DNA from: an uncultured Candidatus Saccharibacteria bacterium
GTDB lineage: Bacteria; Patescibacteriota; Minisyncoccia; Phycocordibacterales; UBA2100
Reading direction: 5' to 3'
Length of the DNA: 64,000 nt
NCBI GenBank assembly: GCA_964362175.1
Contig: CAYIDD010000001.1
Coordinates: 64,569 to 128,568 of the forward strand
The stretch's first letter is position 1, and every line of letters begins with the position of its first letter. Positions 43,065 to 51,682 of the stretch are shown here, in pieces. The position numbers and the translations under genes were made by a program. Below the pieces are notes generated by a model that was not told the origin of the DNA, searched no databases, and worked only from the letters and a program-made list of their open reading frames with translations.

Positions 43065-43730
43065 ATGTACAAGGCAGTCGCAATGATCCGGTACGCCTGT
43101 GAATCCGTGCTCGACGCGATCTTGCCTCTGCGTGAACGTACGGCACGCACGAAAAGCCGGGAGCCGGGGGACATTCCGCTTACGCTGGAAGTGCACGACC
43201 TCCTTCAGGCCAATATTACGACGCTCATGGATTATCGGAATTCGGCCGTGCAAGACCTGATCAGGAGCCTCAAATACGACGGCTCCGGATACGCGGCGCA
43301 ACTCGGAGCGACGCTTCTTGCGGATTACCTGCGTGAAGAGATCGCATCGCATCGCAGGTTCAGCAAACACAAGATCCTTATCGTACCAGTCCCGCTTCAC
43401 GGCACACGCGCGCGTGAGCGCGGATTCAATCAGGTCGCGCTGGTGCTCGAATCGCTCCCGCAGGAATTCCGCGATGGTACGCTGGCGAAATTCGCGCCGG
43501 AGGCGCTCACGCGCGCGCGTGACACCAGACCACAAACACACCTTCCCCGTTCCGAAAGACTCTCGAACGTCGCGGGCGCGTTCGTGGCACCCAACGCCGC
43601 GCTCGTCGGCAAAACGCATGTGTTTCTCATCGACGACGTCACGACGACCGGCGCGACTCTCGTGAACGCCGCAACGCCGCTCCGGCGCGCCGGAGCGGAA
43701 GTTACCCTCCTCGCCCTAGCGCGAGCATAG
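43065..43730 (+). CDS. comF: ComF-family phosphoribosyltransferase-like competence protein
   Basis: LKY, VPVP, RGFNQ, R..N..GAF, LIDDVTTTGAT. Confidence 0.9.
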   Translation: MYKAVAMIRYACESVLDAILPLRERTARTKSREPGDIPLTLEVHDLLQANITTLMDYRNSAVQDLIRSLKYDGSGYAAQLGATLLADYLREEIASHRRFSKHKILIVPVPLHGTRARERGFNQVALVLESLPQEFRDGTLAKFAPEALTRARDTRPQTHLPRSERLSNVAGAFVAPNAALVGKTHVFLIDDVTTTGATLVNAATPLRRAGAEVTLLALARA

Positions 43731-43769
43731 CTAGATGCGGGCTGTGCTTGAGATAGCTCGAACTTTCGC

Positions 43770-43788
43770 CCTGAGCCTGTCGAAGGTT
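43770..43788 (+). repeat. REP-like repeat, copy 1
   Basis: cctgagcctgtcgaaggtt; 18/19 identical to 44734-44752. Confidence 0.75.
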
Positions 43789-43841
43789 GGCGGAATACAT
43801 TTGAGCGGCGCGAAGCGTATACAACTTGTTCTTTGAAATAT

Positions 43842-44693
43842 TTAGTTTGTGAGTATGAAGGCGGCATCGCTCCAGTCAACATCAAGCTCGACTGAACAAG
43901 TCGGAAACTGTGCCGGACATTCGTCAGCATTGCCGGTTTTGCTAACAGTCGCTTTCATGATGTATCGCGTACCCGGATTCACATAGCCGCCGCTGTACAA
44001 CTTGCCCACAACCCACGAAGCACTTCCGTTACCCGTTTTAATTGGAACCACAGAAATACCTGAACGAAGACCACTTTCTGTGCAATTAAGGCATGTGTTT
44101 TTTTCGCTGATTGCTGGTTTATCACCCGTAATTTCGAAAAGTTCCACGTCTAACTGCGCTCCTTCGGCCTTGTCTTGAATATTCATCGCCTTCCATTTCA
44201 CAGGCACTGTGCTGCCGATTGTCAGAACTTCTCCGCCGTTCGGCGAAGTAAGTCTAATACCTCCATATGTAATGTCTGAAATATCTCCCTCTTTATATTG
44301 GGGAGGTGGACGATGTGCGTTCCAAAACGCGAACGCTTGCCAAATCGCCAGTGCAACGACAACGGGTGCTACGAGTATAGTTGCCACCTCGAACCACTTG
44401 AGACGAAGCCTGTGTTGTAAAAATTTAACAACGAGGGTAAACGCCACTATTCCTACAGCGACGAAAACCAGTATCGCTATCACGGGAGCAATGGTTCCAA
44501 GAGCGATGAATGGAAGCAGAAAGAACAAAGCCCCCAATTGACTTACAACATAGCTGACAATGTACAGTCCTAAAATAGTCCACGCGAGATGTGGAATCAC
44601 CTCCTTCTTTCTTCTGAGATACCACCTGAAAAGATAATAGTGGGAGGTAAAAAGAAACACGATGAGGAGGCCATTAACCAACAATGATTCCAT
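43842..44693 (-). CDS. Multi-TM protein with a C-terminal Ig-like domain (accessory gene)
   Basis: About four TM helices, then LTSPNGGE.L.IG....V.W ... D.SD..F; AT-richer than neighbours. Confidence 0.7.
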   Translation of the reverse strand: MESLLVNGLLIVFLFTSHYYLFRWYLRRKKEVIPHLAWTILGLYIVSYVVSQLGALFFLLPFIALGTIAPVIAILVFVAVGIVAFTLVVKFLQHRLRLKWFEVATILVAPVVVALAIWQAFAFWNAHRPPPQYKEGDISDITYGGIRLTSPNGGEVLTIGSTVPVKWKAMNIQDKAEGAQLDVELFEITGDKPAISEKNTCLNCTESGLRSGISVVPIKTGNGSASWVVGKLYSGGYVNPGTRYIMKATVSKTGNADECPAQFPTCSVELDVDWSDAAFILTN

Positions 44694-44733
44694 GAATAAA
44701 CATTGATTGTATGAATAAAAATTTTCTTCTTGA

Positions 44734-44752
44734 CCTGAGCTTGTCGAAGGTT
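44734..44752 (+). repeat. REP-like repeat, copy 2
   Basis: cctgagcttgtcgaaggtt. Confidence 0.75.
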
Positions 44753-44786
44753 TTCCCCACTCCATGGTATCACGCTTTCAATCTGT

Positions 44787-44910
44787 GGAGAGGGAGGGAT
44801 GTGCGGCCAAGAGCTCGTTTTGACGCCGTCGCGCCAAAACTCCTCTCGGCCCTGCTCGCGCCATCCCGCCTGCTGGCGGGTCCCGCGGCGCTCGCTTTCG
44901 AATCCCTCCC
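44787..44910 (-). mobile_element. att-like hairpin site with direct and inverted copies of the tRNA-Ser 3' end
   Basis: ggagagggagggat 44787-44800 matches 45152-45165; ttcgaatccctccc 44897-44910 is the inverted T-arm. Confidence 0.75.
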
Positions 44911-45144
44911 CATACGCTCCGACATACATTCGCATCACAGTTGGCAATGAAAGGTGCGCCGATACCCGTCATTCAGGCATTATTGGGTCACAGCAGTGTT
45001 TCCACGACCATGAGGTACTCTCATGTCGCACCATCCTCGCTTCGCTCTGCGATAGAGATGTTGAGTCCGAAAACATCCGTAAATAGCGTTTTACGGCAAC
45101 CTGACGTCAACACATTCCTCGCGAAATCAAAATCGTCTACGTAA
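44911..45144 (+). pseudogene. Tyrosine recombinase/integrase C-terminal relic
   Basis: HTLRHTFASQLAMKGA....IQALLGHSS...TMRYSH (HxxR, H, Y); no N-terminal part. Confidence 0.88.
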
Positions 45145-45147
45145 TCT

Positions 45148-45238
<91 letters not shown>

Positions 45239-45308
45239 GTGCGCTCCACCATATCATGCGGGGCAAAATATGGCGAAACAGGTATAATCTATCCGATCTG
45301 ATCCCCGT

Positions 45309-46127
45309 ATGAACATTACGTGCGCGACCTACAATATCCTACACGGCTATCACAGCGACATGATACTCAAAAACCTCCGCTTTTTGATCGACGGAGGCGC
45401 GGATATCGTCTGCCTTCAGGAAGCGGAGCCTCAATTCGCGGGAGCGATCGACACGCTACTCATCGAAAAAAATCTCTCGCATTGGCGCGTACATCACGCG
45501 CATGTGGGCTTTGGCGGCAACCTTGCGATCCTTTGGAATACGGATCGTCTTGACCTCGTGGACACAAAGATCGTCAGGTTCCACAAACTACGGGTCCCCT
45601 CCCGCTTGCAACGCATTCGTGGATTCACCGACAGCATAGAGCGCGCCGCCCTTATCGGCACGTTCATGTGCGGAGAAAAGACGATACAAGTGGCAAACGC
45701 GCACATCGCGTGGGAAGGGGGAATGAAGCACCGCATGCGACAGATCCAACATCTGCGGGAGACCATCGAGGAGGATGCGGCCGATGCGCGCATCGTGGCG
45801 GGAGACTTCAACACGGTCGGTCTCCATGCCCTGCGCCACGCGCGCGAAAGAAAAGTCGAACAAACGCTCGGAAAAAAATATGTGAACGCCCTCCCAAAAC
45901 TGCGGTGGAGCTTTGACATCGCGTATTCGGATCCGCGAGACAAATTGCGCATCCTCGCATCGCTCTATTATCTCGGGGTAAAATTCCGCAATCGATTGGA
46001 CTACATATTTGCGGCACATCTGGACGTCATCTCCGCCACCATGCACGATCTACCCGGCTCGGATCATCGACCGCTCGTAGCAACGTTTTCCACTGACTTG
46101 TCGAAGCGGCCGAACGCGTTATCATAG
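45309..46127 (+). CDS. EEP family protein
   Basis: TYNI, CLQE, GDFN, LDYIF, GSDH. Confidence 0.9.
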   Translation: MNITCATYNILHGYHSDMILKNLRFLIDGGADIVCLQEAEPQFAGAIDTLLIEKNLSHWRVHHAHVGFGGNLAILWNTDRLDLVDTKIVRFHKLRVPSRLQRIRGFTDSIERAALIGTFMCGEKTIQVANAHIAWEGGMKHRMRQIQHLRETIEEDAADARIVAGDFNTVGLHALRHARERKVEQTLGKKYVNALPKLRWSFDIAYSDPRDKLRILASLYYLGVKFRNRLDYIFAAHLDVISATMHDLPGSDHRPLVATFSTDLSKRPNALS

Positions 46128-46131
46128 ACGC

Positions 46132-46392
46132 ATGCAAGAACTTGGCATGGGATACGGGGTGGGAGTGCCGCTTTTCACGCCGATGCTCGGCGTGACGTTC
46201 ATCGCGCTCGTCCTCTGGAGTTTCGTGTGGAAGGGGCTCGCGCTATGGCGCGCGGCGAAACGGGGGGAGAAGATCTGGTTCGTCGTCTTTCTCATCGTCA
46301 ATACCGCAGGAATTCTTGAGATCATCTATCTCTTCCTCGTCACGAAAGCAAAACTCTCGGATTTCTCGATGTCCTCAGAAAAACACGGCTAG
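46132..46392 (+). CDS. DUF5652-like small membrane protein
   Basis: WKGLALWRAA...WF...NTAGILEIIYL. Confidence 0.8.
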   Translation: MQELGMGYGVGVPLFTPMLGVTFIALVLWSFVWKGLALWRAAKRGEKIWFVVFLIVNTAGILEIIYLFLVTKAKLSDFSMSSEKHG

Positions 46393-46724
46393 AGGATTTT
46401 GTGGATAAACCACGTAAGTATTGAAAGTACGAGTGCGCCCAGGAGTGCGGCCCCAAAACCGGCGACGGTGAATCCGGGCACAATGAGCGTCACCGCCCAG
46501 AAAAGGAGCGCGTTCAGAATGAATGAGAATAGGCCGAGGGTAACGATGGTTATCGGAAGCATGAGTATGGAAAGCACGGGTCTTATGACCATCGTTATCA
46601 CAGACCACACGAGTGCCACCAAAAGTATGGTGATCCATCCGCCGGCAACCATAATGCCGGGCACGATCGAAACGGTGAGATACACCGCCGCGACAGTACC
46701 CAGATAGCGAAGTATTGTGTGCAT
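46389..46724 (-). CDS. Phage holin-like family (YvlD/DUF360) membrane protein
   Basis: IRPVL.IL.LPI..VTLGLF..ILNA, VPGF.V.GF. Confidence 0.88.
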   Translation of the reverse strand: MHTILRYLGTVAAVYLTVSIVPGIMVAGGWITILLVALVWSVITMVIRPVLSILMLPITIVTLGLFSFILNALLFWAVTLIVPGFTVAGFGAALLGALVLSILTWFIHKIL

Positions 46725-46778
46725 TTCACAATTCTATCAGAAAGTGACTGTGGTACGCAAAAGTATGTGCGATTACGT

Positions 46779-46906
46779 CGCACGAACGTACTCGTTCGTG
46801 CGTGACACTCCTCGTATCTGCCTCCGGCAGACGCTCGGCCCCTACGAGCCCCTCTCGGGGGTGTCACCACGGAATAACGTGAGACGCTAGCGTCCCACGT
46901 TATTCC
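46779..46906. repeat. Multi-hairpin structured intergenic element
   Basis: Stems 46779-46802, 46802-46867 (branched) and 46871-46906. Confidence 0.65.
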
Positions 46907-47046
46907 CACGCCCTCTCATCATCCACGAGCGCGTCGCTCACGAGAGCCTCATCTTCATCCGCGTCCTCGTCAAGCACTTCCCCGAGCACCTCTTCGGAGA
47001 TCGCACCGTCTTTCTTCACATCCTCTTCTTCATCGTGATAGACCAT
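46900..47046 (-). CDS. Very acidic 48-aa microprotein
   Basis: MVYHDEEEDVKKDGAISEEVLGEVLDEDADEDEALVSDALVDDERAWE*; below the ORF-track cutoff. Confidence 0.65.
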   Translation of the reverse strand: MVYHDEEEDVKKDGAISEEVLGEVLDEDADEDEALVSDALVDDERAWE

Positions 47047-47158
47047 AGTTGTTATTTTTACCTATACCCCTCGTTAACACGACCATCTTACCTAGACCCA
47101 CCCCGCGTGCAATATCAAAAAAAGAAGACTGTGAATAACTCAAATGTATACTGTCGTG

Positions 47159-49309
47159 ATGGCCCCCGAGGACTTACTCTCGAAACACTTCCGGCTCACG
47201 CCGCCTCAACTGAGGGGCCTCAGGAAACTCGGGCTCGCAACTATCCGCGACATCCTCTACCACTTCCCCGTCCGCTACGATGCGGGCGGGGGCGAATCCC
47301 CCATCACGGGAGCTCTGCCGGGGACATCGGTAACCATCTTCGGAACGATCGGAAAACTCGGCACACGAAGATCGTGGAAACGCAAGATCCCCGTGGGGGA
47401 AGCCACTATCACCGATGCGACGGGCTCCCTCAAGGTGATGTGGTTCCACCAGCCGTACCTGGCAAAAAAATTCTCCGAAGGCATGTTCGTGAAGGCGGTC
47501 GGCACCGTCTCTGGCGCGGGGGGGAGATCGTACCTCGCGAATCCACATGTGGAGGTCGCCGACCCGTCGGAAACGGGCATGTTCGTGCCCAAAGACGCTC
47601 CGCGTGACGCGGTGCTCTTTGCCGTCTACCCCGAAAGCCGCGGCATCACATCGCTGTGGTTCAGACACGCGTTCGAGAGACTCTATGCGGAAGGCGCGCT
47701 CGATGTCGTTACAGATCCCATTCCTCCTGCGATCATCGGGCGATACAACCTGCCTGACCTCAAAAGCGCGTTGTTATATATCCACAGGCCCGACAACCTG
47801 AAGCACGCCGAGGCCGCGCGTAAACGATTCGCGTTCGAAGAGATCCTCTCCATCCAGATCACGCGCGCAAAAGAGCGTGCAGAAAATGATTCGCAGGCGT
47901 CCTTTCCCATTCAGGAGGGAGGTGCGCTTGCGGAAAAATTCCTCGCCACCATCCCCTTTCCCCCCACAGGAGCACAGAAACATGCCGTTCGGGACATCCT
48001 CTCTGATTTTGAAAAGCCGCATCCTATGGCACGACTCTTGGAGGGCGATGTGGGGAGCGGCAAGACGCTGGTCGCTGCGGCCACAGCCTATGCGGTCGTG
48101 AATAGCCGCCCGCCAAAGAGAACGAGCGGCACATTACAGGTCGCATACATGGCACCGACAGAGATACTGGCAAATCAGCATTTCCAGTCGTTCATCGAAT
48201 ATTTCAGAGAACTCCCCATCAATATCGCGCTCATGACGGGAAGCGGATGCAAAAAATTTCCTTCAAAAGTCGTGAGAGGGGGTGCGACGGACATCTCGCG
48301 GGCGCAACTTCTTAAGTGGATCGCAAATGGAGAGATAGCGATGCTCGTGGGCACGCATGCGCTCATCCAAAAATCCGTAAAGTTCCAACATCTCGCGTAC
48401 GCGATCGTGGACGAGCAACATCGATTCGGGACCCTCCAAAGGAGGGCGCTCGCGCACAAGGAGGACGCGGCGCCGCATTTTCTTTCGATGACCGCCACCC
48501 CCATCCCCCGCACGCTCTCTCTCACGCTCTATGGCGACCTTGACCTTTCACTTTTGGATGAATTACCGCCGGGACGCGCGAAGATCGCGACGAGGATAGT
48601 GAAACCGAACGAACGCTCCAACGCATATGAGGCGGTGCGCCAAGAATTGGAGAAGGGCCGCCAGGCGTACATCATATGCCCGCGTATCGAAGAGCCGGAC
48701 CCGAGCAAGATCAATGCGCTTCAGGCAAAATCCGCCAAGGCGGAGGCAAAACGTTTGAAAGCGGACATATTCCCGAAGTACGAGGTCGGATTGCTGCACG
48801 GCGCCATGAAAGCAAAGGAAAAAGACGATGTCATGAAGCGGTTTTCCAACGGAGAGATCCAGCTGCTCGTTGCAACATCTGTGGTCGAGGTGGGCGTTAA
48901 TGTCCCCAACGCGACAGCCATCATGATCGAAGGAGCCGAACGATTCGGACTCGCACAATTGCACCAGTTGCGCGGCCGCGTGATGCGCTCATCGCACCCG
49001 CCGATCTGTTTTCTGCTCACCGATTCAAAAAGCGATATCTCACTGAAGCGGCTGCGAACGCTCGAGGGGTCCGACGATGGATTCAAACTTGCCGAAGCGG
49101 ACCTCGAGAATCGCGGCGCGGGCGACCTCTTTGGCCGCCAGCAATGGGGTGTTACGGACCTCGGCATGGAAGCGCTGAAAAACGTAAAACTCATCCGTGC
49201 TGCGCGGGAGGAGGCCCAACGACTTATCGCAGAGGATCCGCGGCTCTCGTCTTATCCCGAGCTTGCCAGACGCGTCGCGCGTGCAGGCAGGGAATTACAC
49301 GGAGAATGA
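47159..49309 (+). CDS. recG: ATP-dependent DNA helicase RecG
   Basis: EGDVGSGKT, APTEILA.QH, DEQHRFG, TATPIPRTL, QLRGRV, RGAG. Confidence 0.96.
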   Translation: MAPEDLLSKHFRLTPPQLRGLRKLGLATIRDILYHFPVRYDAGGGESPITGALPGTSVTIFGTIGKLGTRRSWKRKIPVGEATITDATGSLKVMWFHQPYLAKKFSEGMFVKAVGTVSGAGGRSYLANPHVEVADPSETGMFVPKDAPRDAVLFAVYPESRGITSLWFRHAFERLYAEGALDVVTDPIPPAIIGRYNLPDLKSALLYIHRPDNLKHAEAARKRFAFEEILSIQITRAKERAENDSQASFPIQEGGALAEKFLATIPFPPTGAQKHAVRDILSDFEKPHPMARLLEGDVGSGKTLVAAATAYAVVNSRPPKRTSGTLQVAYMAPTEILANQHFQSFIEYFRELPINIALMTGSGCKKFPSKVVRGGATDISRAQLLKWIANGEIAMLVGTHALIQKSVKFQHLAYAIVDEQHRFGTLQRRALAHKEDAAPHFLSMTATPIPRTLSLTLYGDLDLSLLDELPPGRAKIATRIVKPNERSNAYEAVRQELEKGRQAYIICPRIEEPDPSKINALQAKSAKAEAKRLKADIFPKYEVGLLHGAMKAKEKDDVMKRFSNGEIQLLVATSVVEVGVNVPNATAIMIEGAERFGLAQLHQLRGRVMRSSHPPICFLLTDSKSDISLKRLRTLEGSDDGFKLAEADLENRGAGDLFGRQQWGVTDLGMEALKNVKLIRAAREEAQRLIAEDPRLSSYPELARRVARAGRELHGE

Positions 49310-49331
49310 CCGCGGTGTGCAGATCGGAGCG

Positions 49332-50342
49332 TTAATAGAACGGGGTCCACACGGCATTTTTACAGATGAGATACGTGCCACCTTGAAAACAATTTTGCAT
49401 GTAGGGGCACGCGATGAATTCCTGTCTTCCCTCCGGCCCGCAGAGGGTGCCTACCTGCACATTCGCCGAGCTGCCGTACGTGCCACCGGTACTCGTGCTG
49501 CTCGGACACGTCGTCTGGGACCAGTACCCCAAGCCTCCGACTCCGTTTGCGCACCAGTACGTGAATTGGCTTCCCACACCCGCAGTACTCGTCGCGGTGG
49601 TAGACGTGTTCGTGCTCGTGGTCGTCGCAGTAGACGAGACCGTGCTTTGTACATACCACTGCCCGTTGGCACATACATACCGGATCGTTTGATCGATATG
49701 GGTTTGGCCGTGTGGTACGGTGACACCTCCCGACGTAACACAGCTCGCTCTGTTCACGGTCGTTGTAGCGGTTGACGTACCGAAAGAAAGAGTCGTCGAG
49801 TAGGTCGTGAAATTTCTCGATGATACGGCAACGCAGTACCACGACACGACACACCCGTCTGTGCCGCGCTTTCCCTGCCACGATGTTGCGCAGAGCGTTC
49901 TCGGCGCTTGGGACGTGCACTTTCCCGTAGGATTTTCCAACGTCGTTTGAGGGGAAGCTGTACTGGATGGCGTAAAATACGGCAGTGCCATGCCTCCCCC
50001 GCTTGCCGAAGAAGTGTTTTTACACACCGCTGTTATGGCAGCACGCGTCTTCGGCCCCACAATGCCGAATCCAGCATCATTCTGTGAGGTGACGATCCCC
50101 TTACTCCACTGCCAACTCTTTACCCCCTGCTCGGTAAGAGTACCGAAGTATCCGGACGCGTTGCCCGAAAGGAGCTCACCCTCGTTTACCAAAAACCTCT
50201 GCAGGGCGCGCACGTCCTCCCCCTCTGAACCAACAGTGAGCATGCGGGTGAGGACGGGACACGAGGTTGACTGCGCAGAAGACACGGCGGGCACTACGAG
50301 AAGGACAAGACCAGCCATGCCGAGTAGAACGCGCTTGAACAT
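49332..50342 (-). CDS. Secreted PG-binding domain protein with Cys/Thr-rich C-terminus
   Basis: Signal peptide; G.DV.ALQ.FL...GYFG.LT...V..WQ..G.VGPKTRAAI. Confidence 0.8.
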   Translation of the reverse strand: MFKRVLLGMAGLVLLVVPAVSSAQSTSCPVLTRMLTVGSEGEDVRALQRFLVNEGELLSGNASGYFGTLTEQGVKSWQWSKGIVTSQNDAGFGIVGPKTRAAITAVCKNTSSASGGGMALPYFTPSSTASPQTTLENPTGKCTSQAPRTLCATSWQGKRGTDGCVVSWYCVAVSSRNFTTYSTTLSFGTSTATTTVNRASCVTSGGVTVPHGQTHIDQTIRYVCANGQWYVQSTVSSTATTTSTNTSTTATSTAGVGSQFTYWCANGVGGLGYWSQTTCPSSTSTGGTYGSSANVQVGTLCGPEGRQEFIACPYMQNCFQGGTYLICKNAVWTPFY

Positions 50343-50346
50343 ATTC

Positions 50347-51681
50347 CTACTGGGTTATCGAGAACGCAGTGCTCGTTGCGATCGCGTGATACGTCGGCAA
50401 TGGAGGATTAATGGGCGGATACGTATCACCGAGATACGCGTTGGATGGGGTATAGAGCTCCGCAGTGATCTTGTATGAACCAACCTTTACCGTCTGCACT
50501 CCGCCGCAATCAGTACACATAATGGAAGATGCGGTCGGGACTGTCCACGTATAACTTCCCGATGTACTTTGGGCGCGCGCTATGATGCCTTCCCCGCTTC
50601 CGGTTTGTGCGTTTACAAGTCGTAGCAACACAACAGAATCAGATGGCGTATTCTGCGAACTCCATGAGATCGCGAGGTTCTGACCCTTCGCGACACTCGC
50701 GGGCGATCCGGACACAGAAATTGAAGGGGCACCTGCCGTCGTGCCGGCGACCGTGATCGGTATCGAAGCAATTACTTCCCGCCCCGAAGTACAGGCGACC
50801 GAACTGTTCGTACAGGCACTCCTGTTGATGAAGATGAGACGCGCCGTGTACGTTCCCGTCGTAGCATAGACATGCGTGTGCGTGCCGGAATCTAGGCTAC
50901 ACACGTTCGCAAGCGAACAGCCCGCAATGCCGTCGACGCGACTGTCGCCGTAATCTATCTGATACACTCCCGCCGCATATGACGTGGGGTTTTGGATACT
51001 CGTATAGAACGTAACGGTAAGCGGAGCTGCTCCTGCCATCGGCGACGCCGCGAAAACACCCGATCCGGACGTGGATGGTACACCCGAAAGCGGGATGGAG
51101 CATTTGTACGAGATGGTGCACCCATTCGCATCCGTATTCGCCTGCCATCCCGTCGAGCAGATCGTGGCCGGACGTGGTGCGAGAGGACACGACGGCGTTA
51201 CGACGGGTAGCGGAGATGCATTCGCGCTCGTGCAATGCGCTGCGATTGCCGCGCGCGTGCGCGCACCGACCACCCCCCACCCCGTCGATGCGGCGTCGCC
51301 CGAGGAAACGATGCTGCGGGATGCCTGCCAATCACGCACTGCGCCTTCGGTCAGCGGACCAAAAAAGCCGGTACTTGAATCCGACGAAAGAAATCCCTGC
51401 CATGCGAGATACCGCTGCAGGGACTGCACGTCGGGACCGTTTGTGCCACGGGAGAGACTTCTCCACAGGTCAGGACAGTGGTTCGGAGCGGGGAGATTGA
51501 CCGGCAATCCGGTATTCCCCGCGGTGGCGGCGCTATTCGCCTGCTGCTGGAGAGCCGCGATTTGCGTGAGCAGCGCCTGTATTTGCGCGGCGAGTTCTTC
51601 GGCCGTCAGTGCCGAAACAAAAACCGGCAACAGGAAAATCCCCACGGCGATTCCACCAACAAGAGACGAGATGTTGTTCAT
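50347..51681 (-). CDS. Secreted PG-binding + PKD + Ig-like protein
   Basis: Short coiled coil, PG-binding domain, G.APLTV.F..YGD..H.Y...GTY. Confidence 0.8.
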   Translation of the reverse strand: MNNISSLVGGIAVGIFLLPVFVSALTAEELAAQIQALLTQIAALQQQANSAATAGNTGLPVNLPAPNHCPDLWRSLSRGTNGPDVQSLQRYLAWQGFLSSDSSTGFFGPLTEGAVRDWQASRSIVSSGDAASTGWGVVGARTRAAIAAHCTSANASPLPVVTPSCPLAPRPATICSTGWQANTDANGCTISYKCSIPLSGVPSTSGSGVFAASPMAGAAPLTVTFYTSIQNPTSYAAGVYQIDYGDSRVDGIAGCSLANVCSLDSGTHTHVYATTGTYTARLIFINRSACTNSSVACTSGREVIASIPITVAGTTAGAPSISVSGSPASVAKGQNLAISWSSQNTPSDSVVLLRLVNAQTGSGEGIIARAQSTSGSYTWTVPTASSIMCTDCGGVQTVKVGSYKITAELYTPSNAYLGDTYPPINPPLPTYHAIATSTAFSITQ

Positions 51682-51682
51682 A

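Noticed and set aside
46389-46724. Holin-like gene near an integrase relic as a sign of a prophage
   Set aside because: The YvlD/DUF360 family is commonly chromosomal, and no phage structural or replication genes are present.
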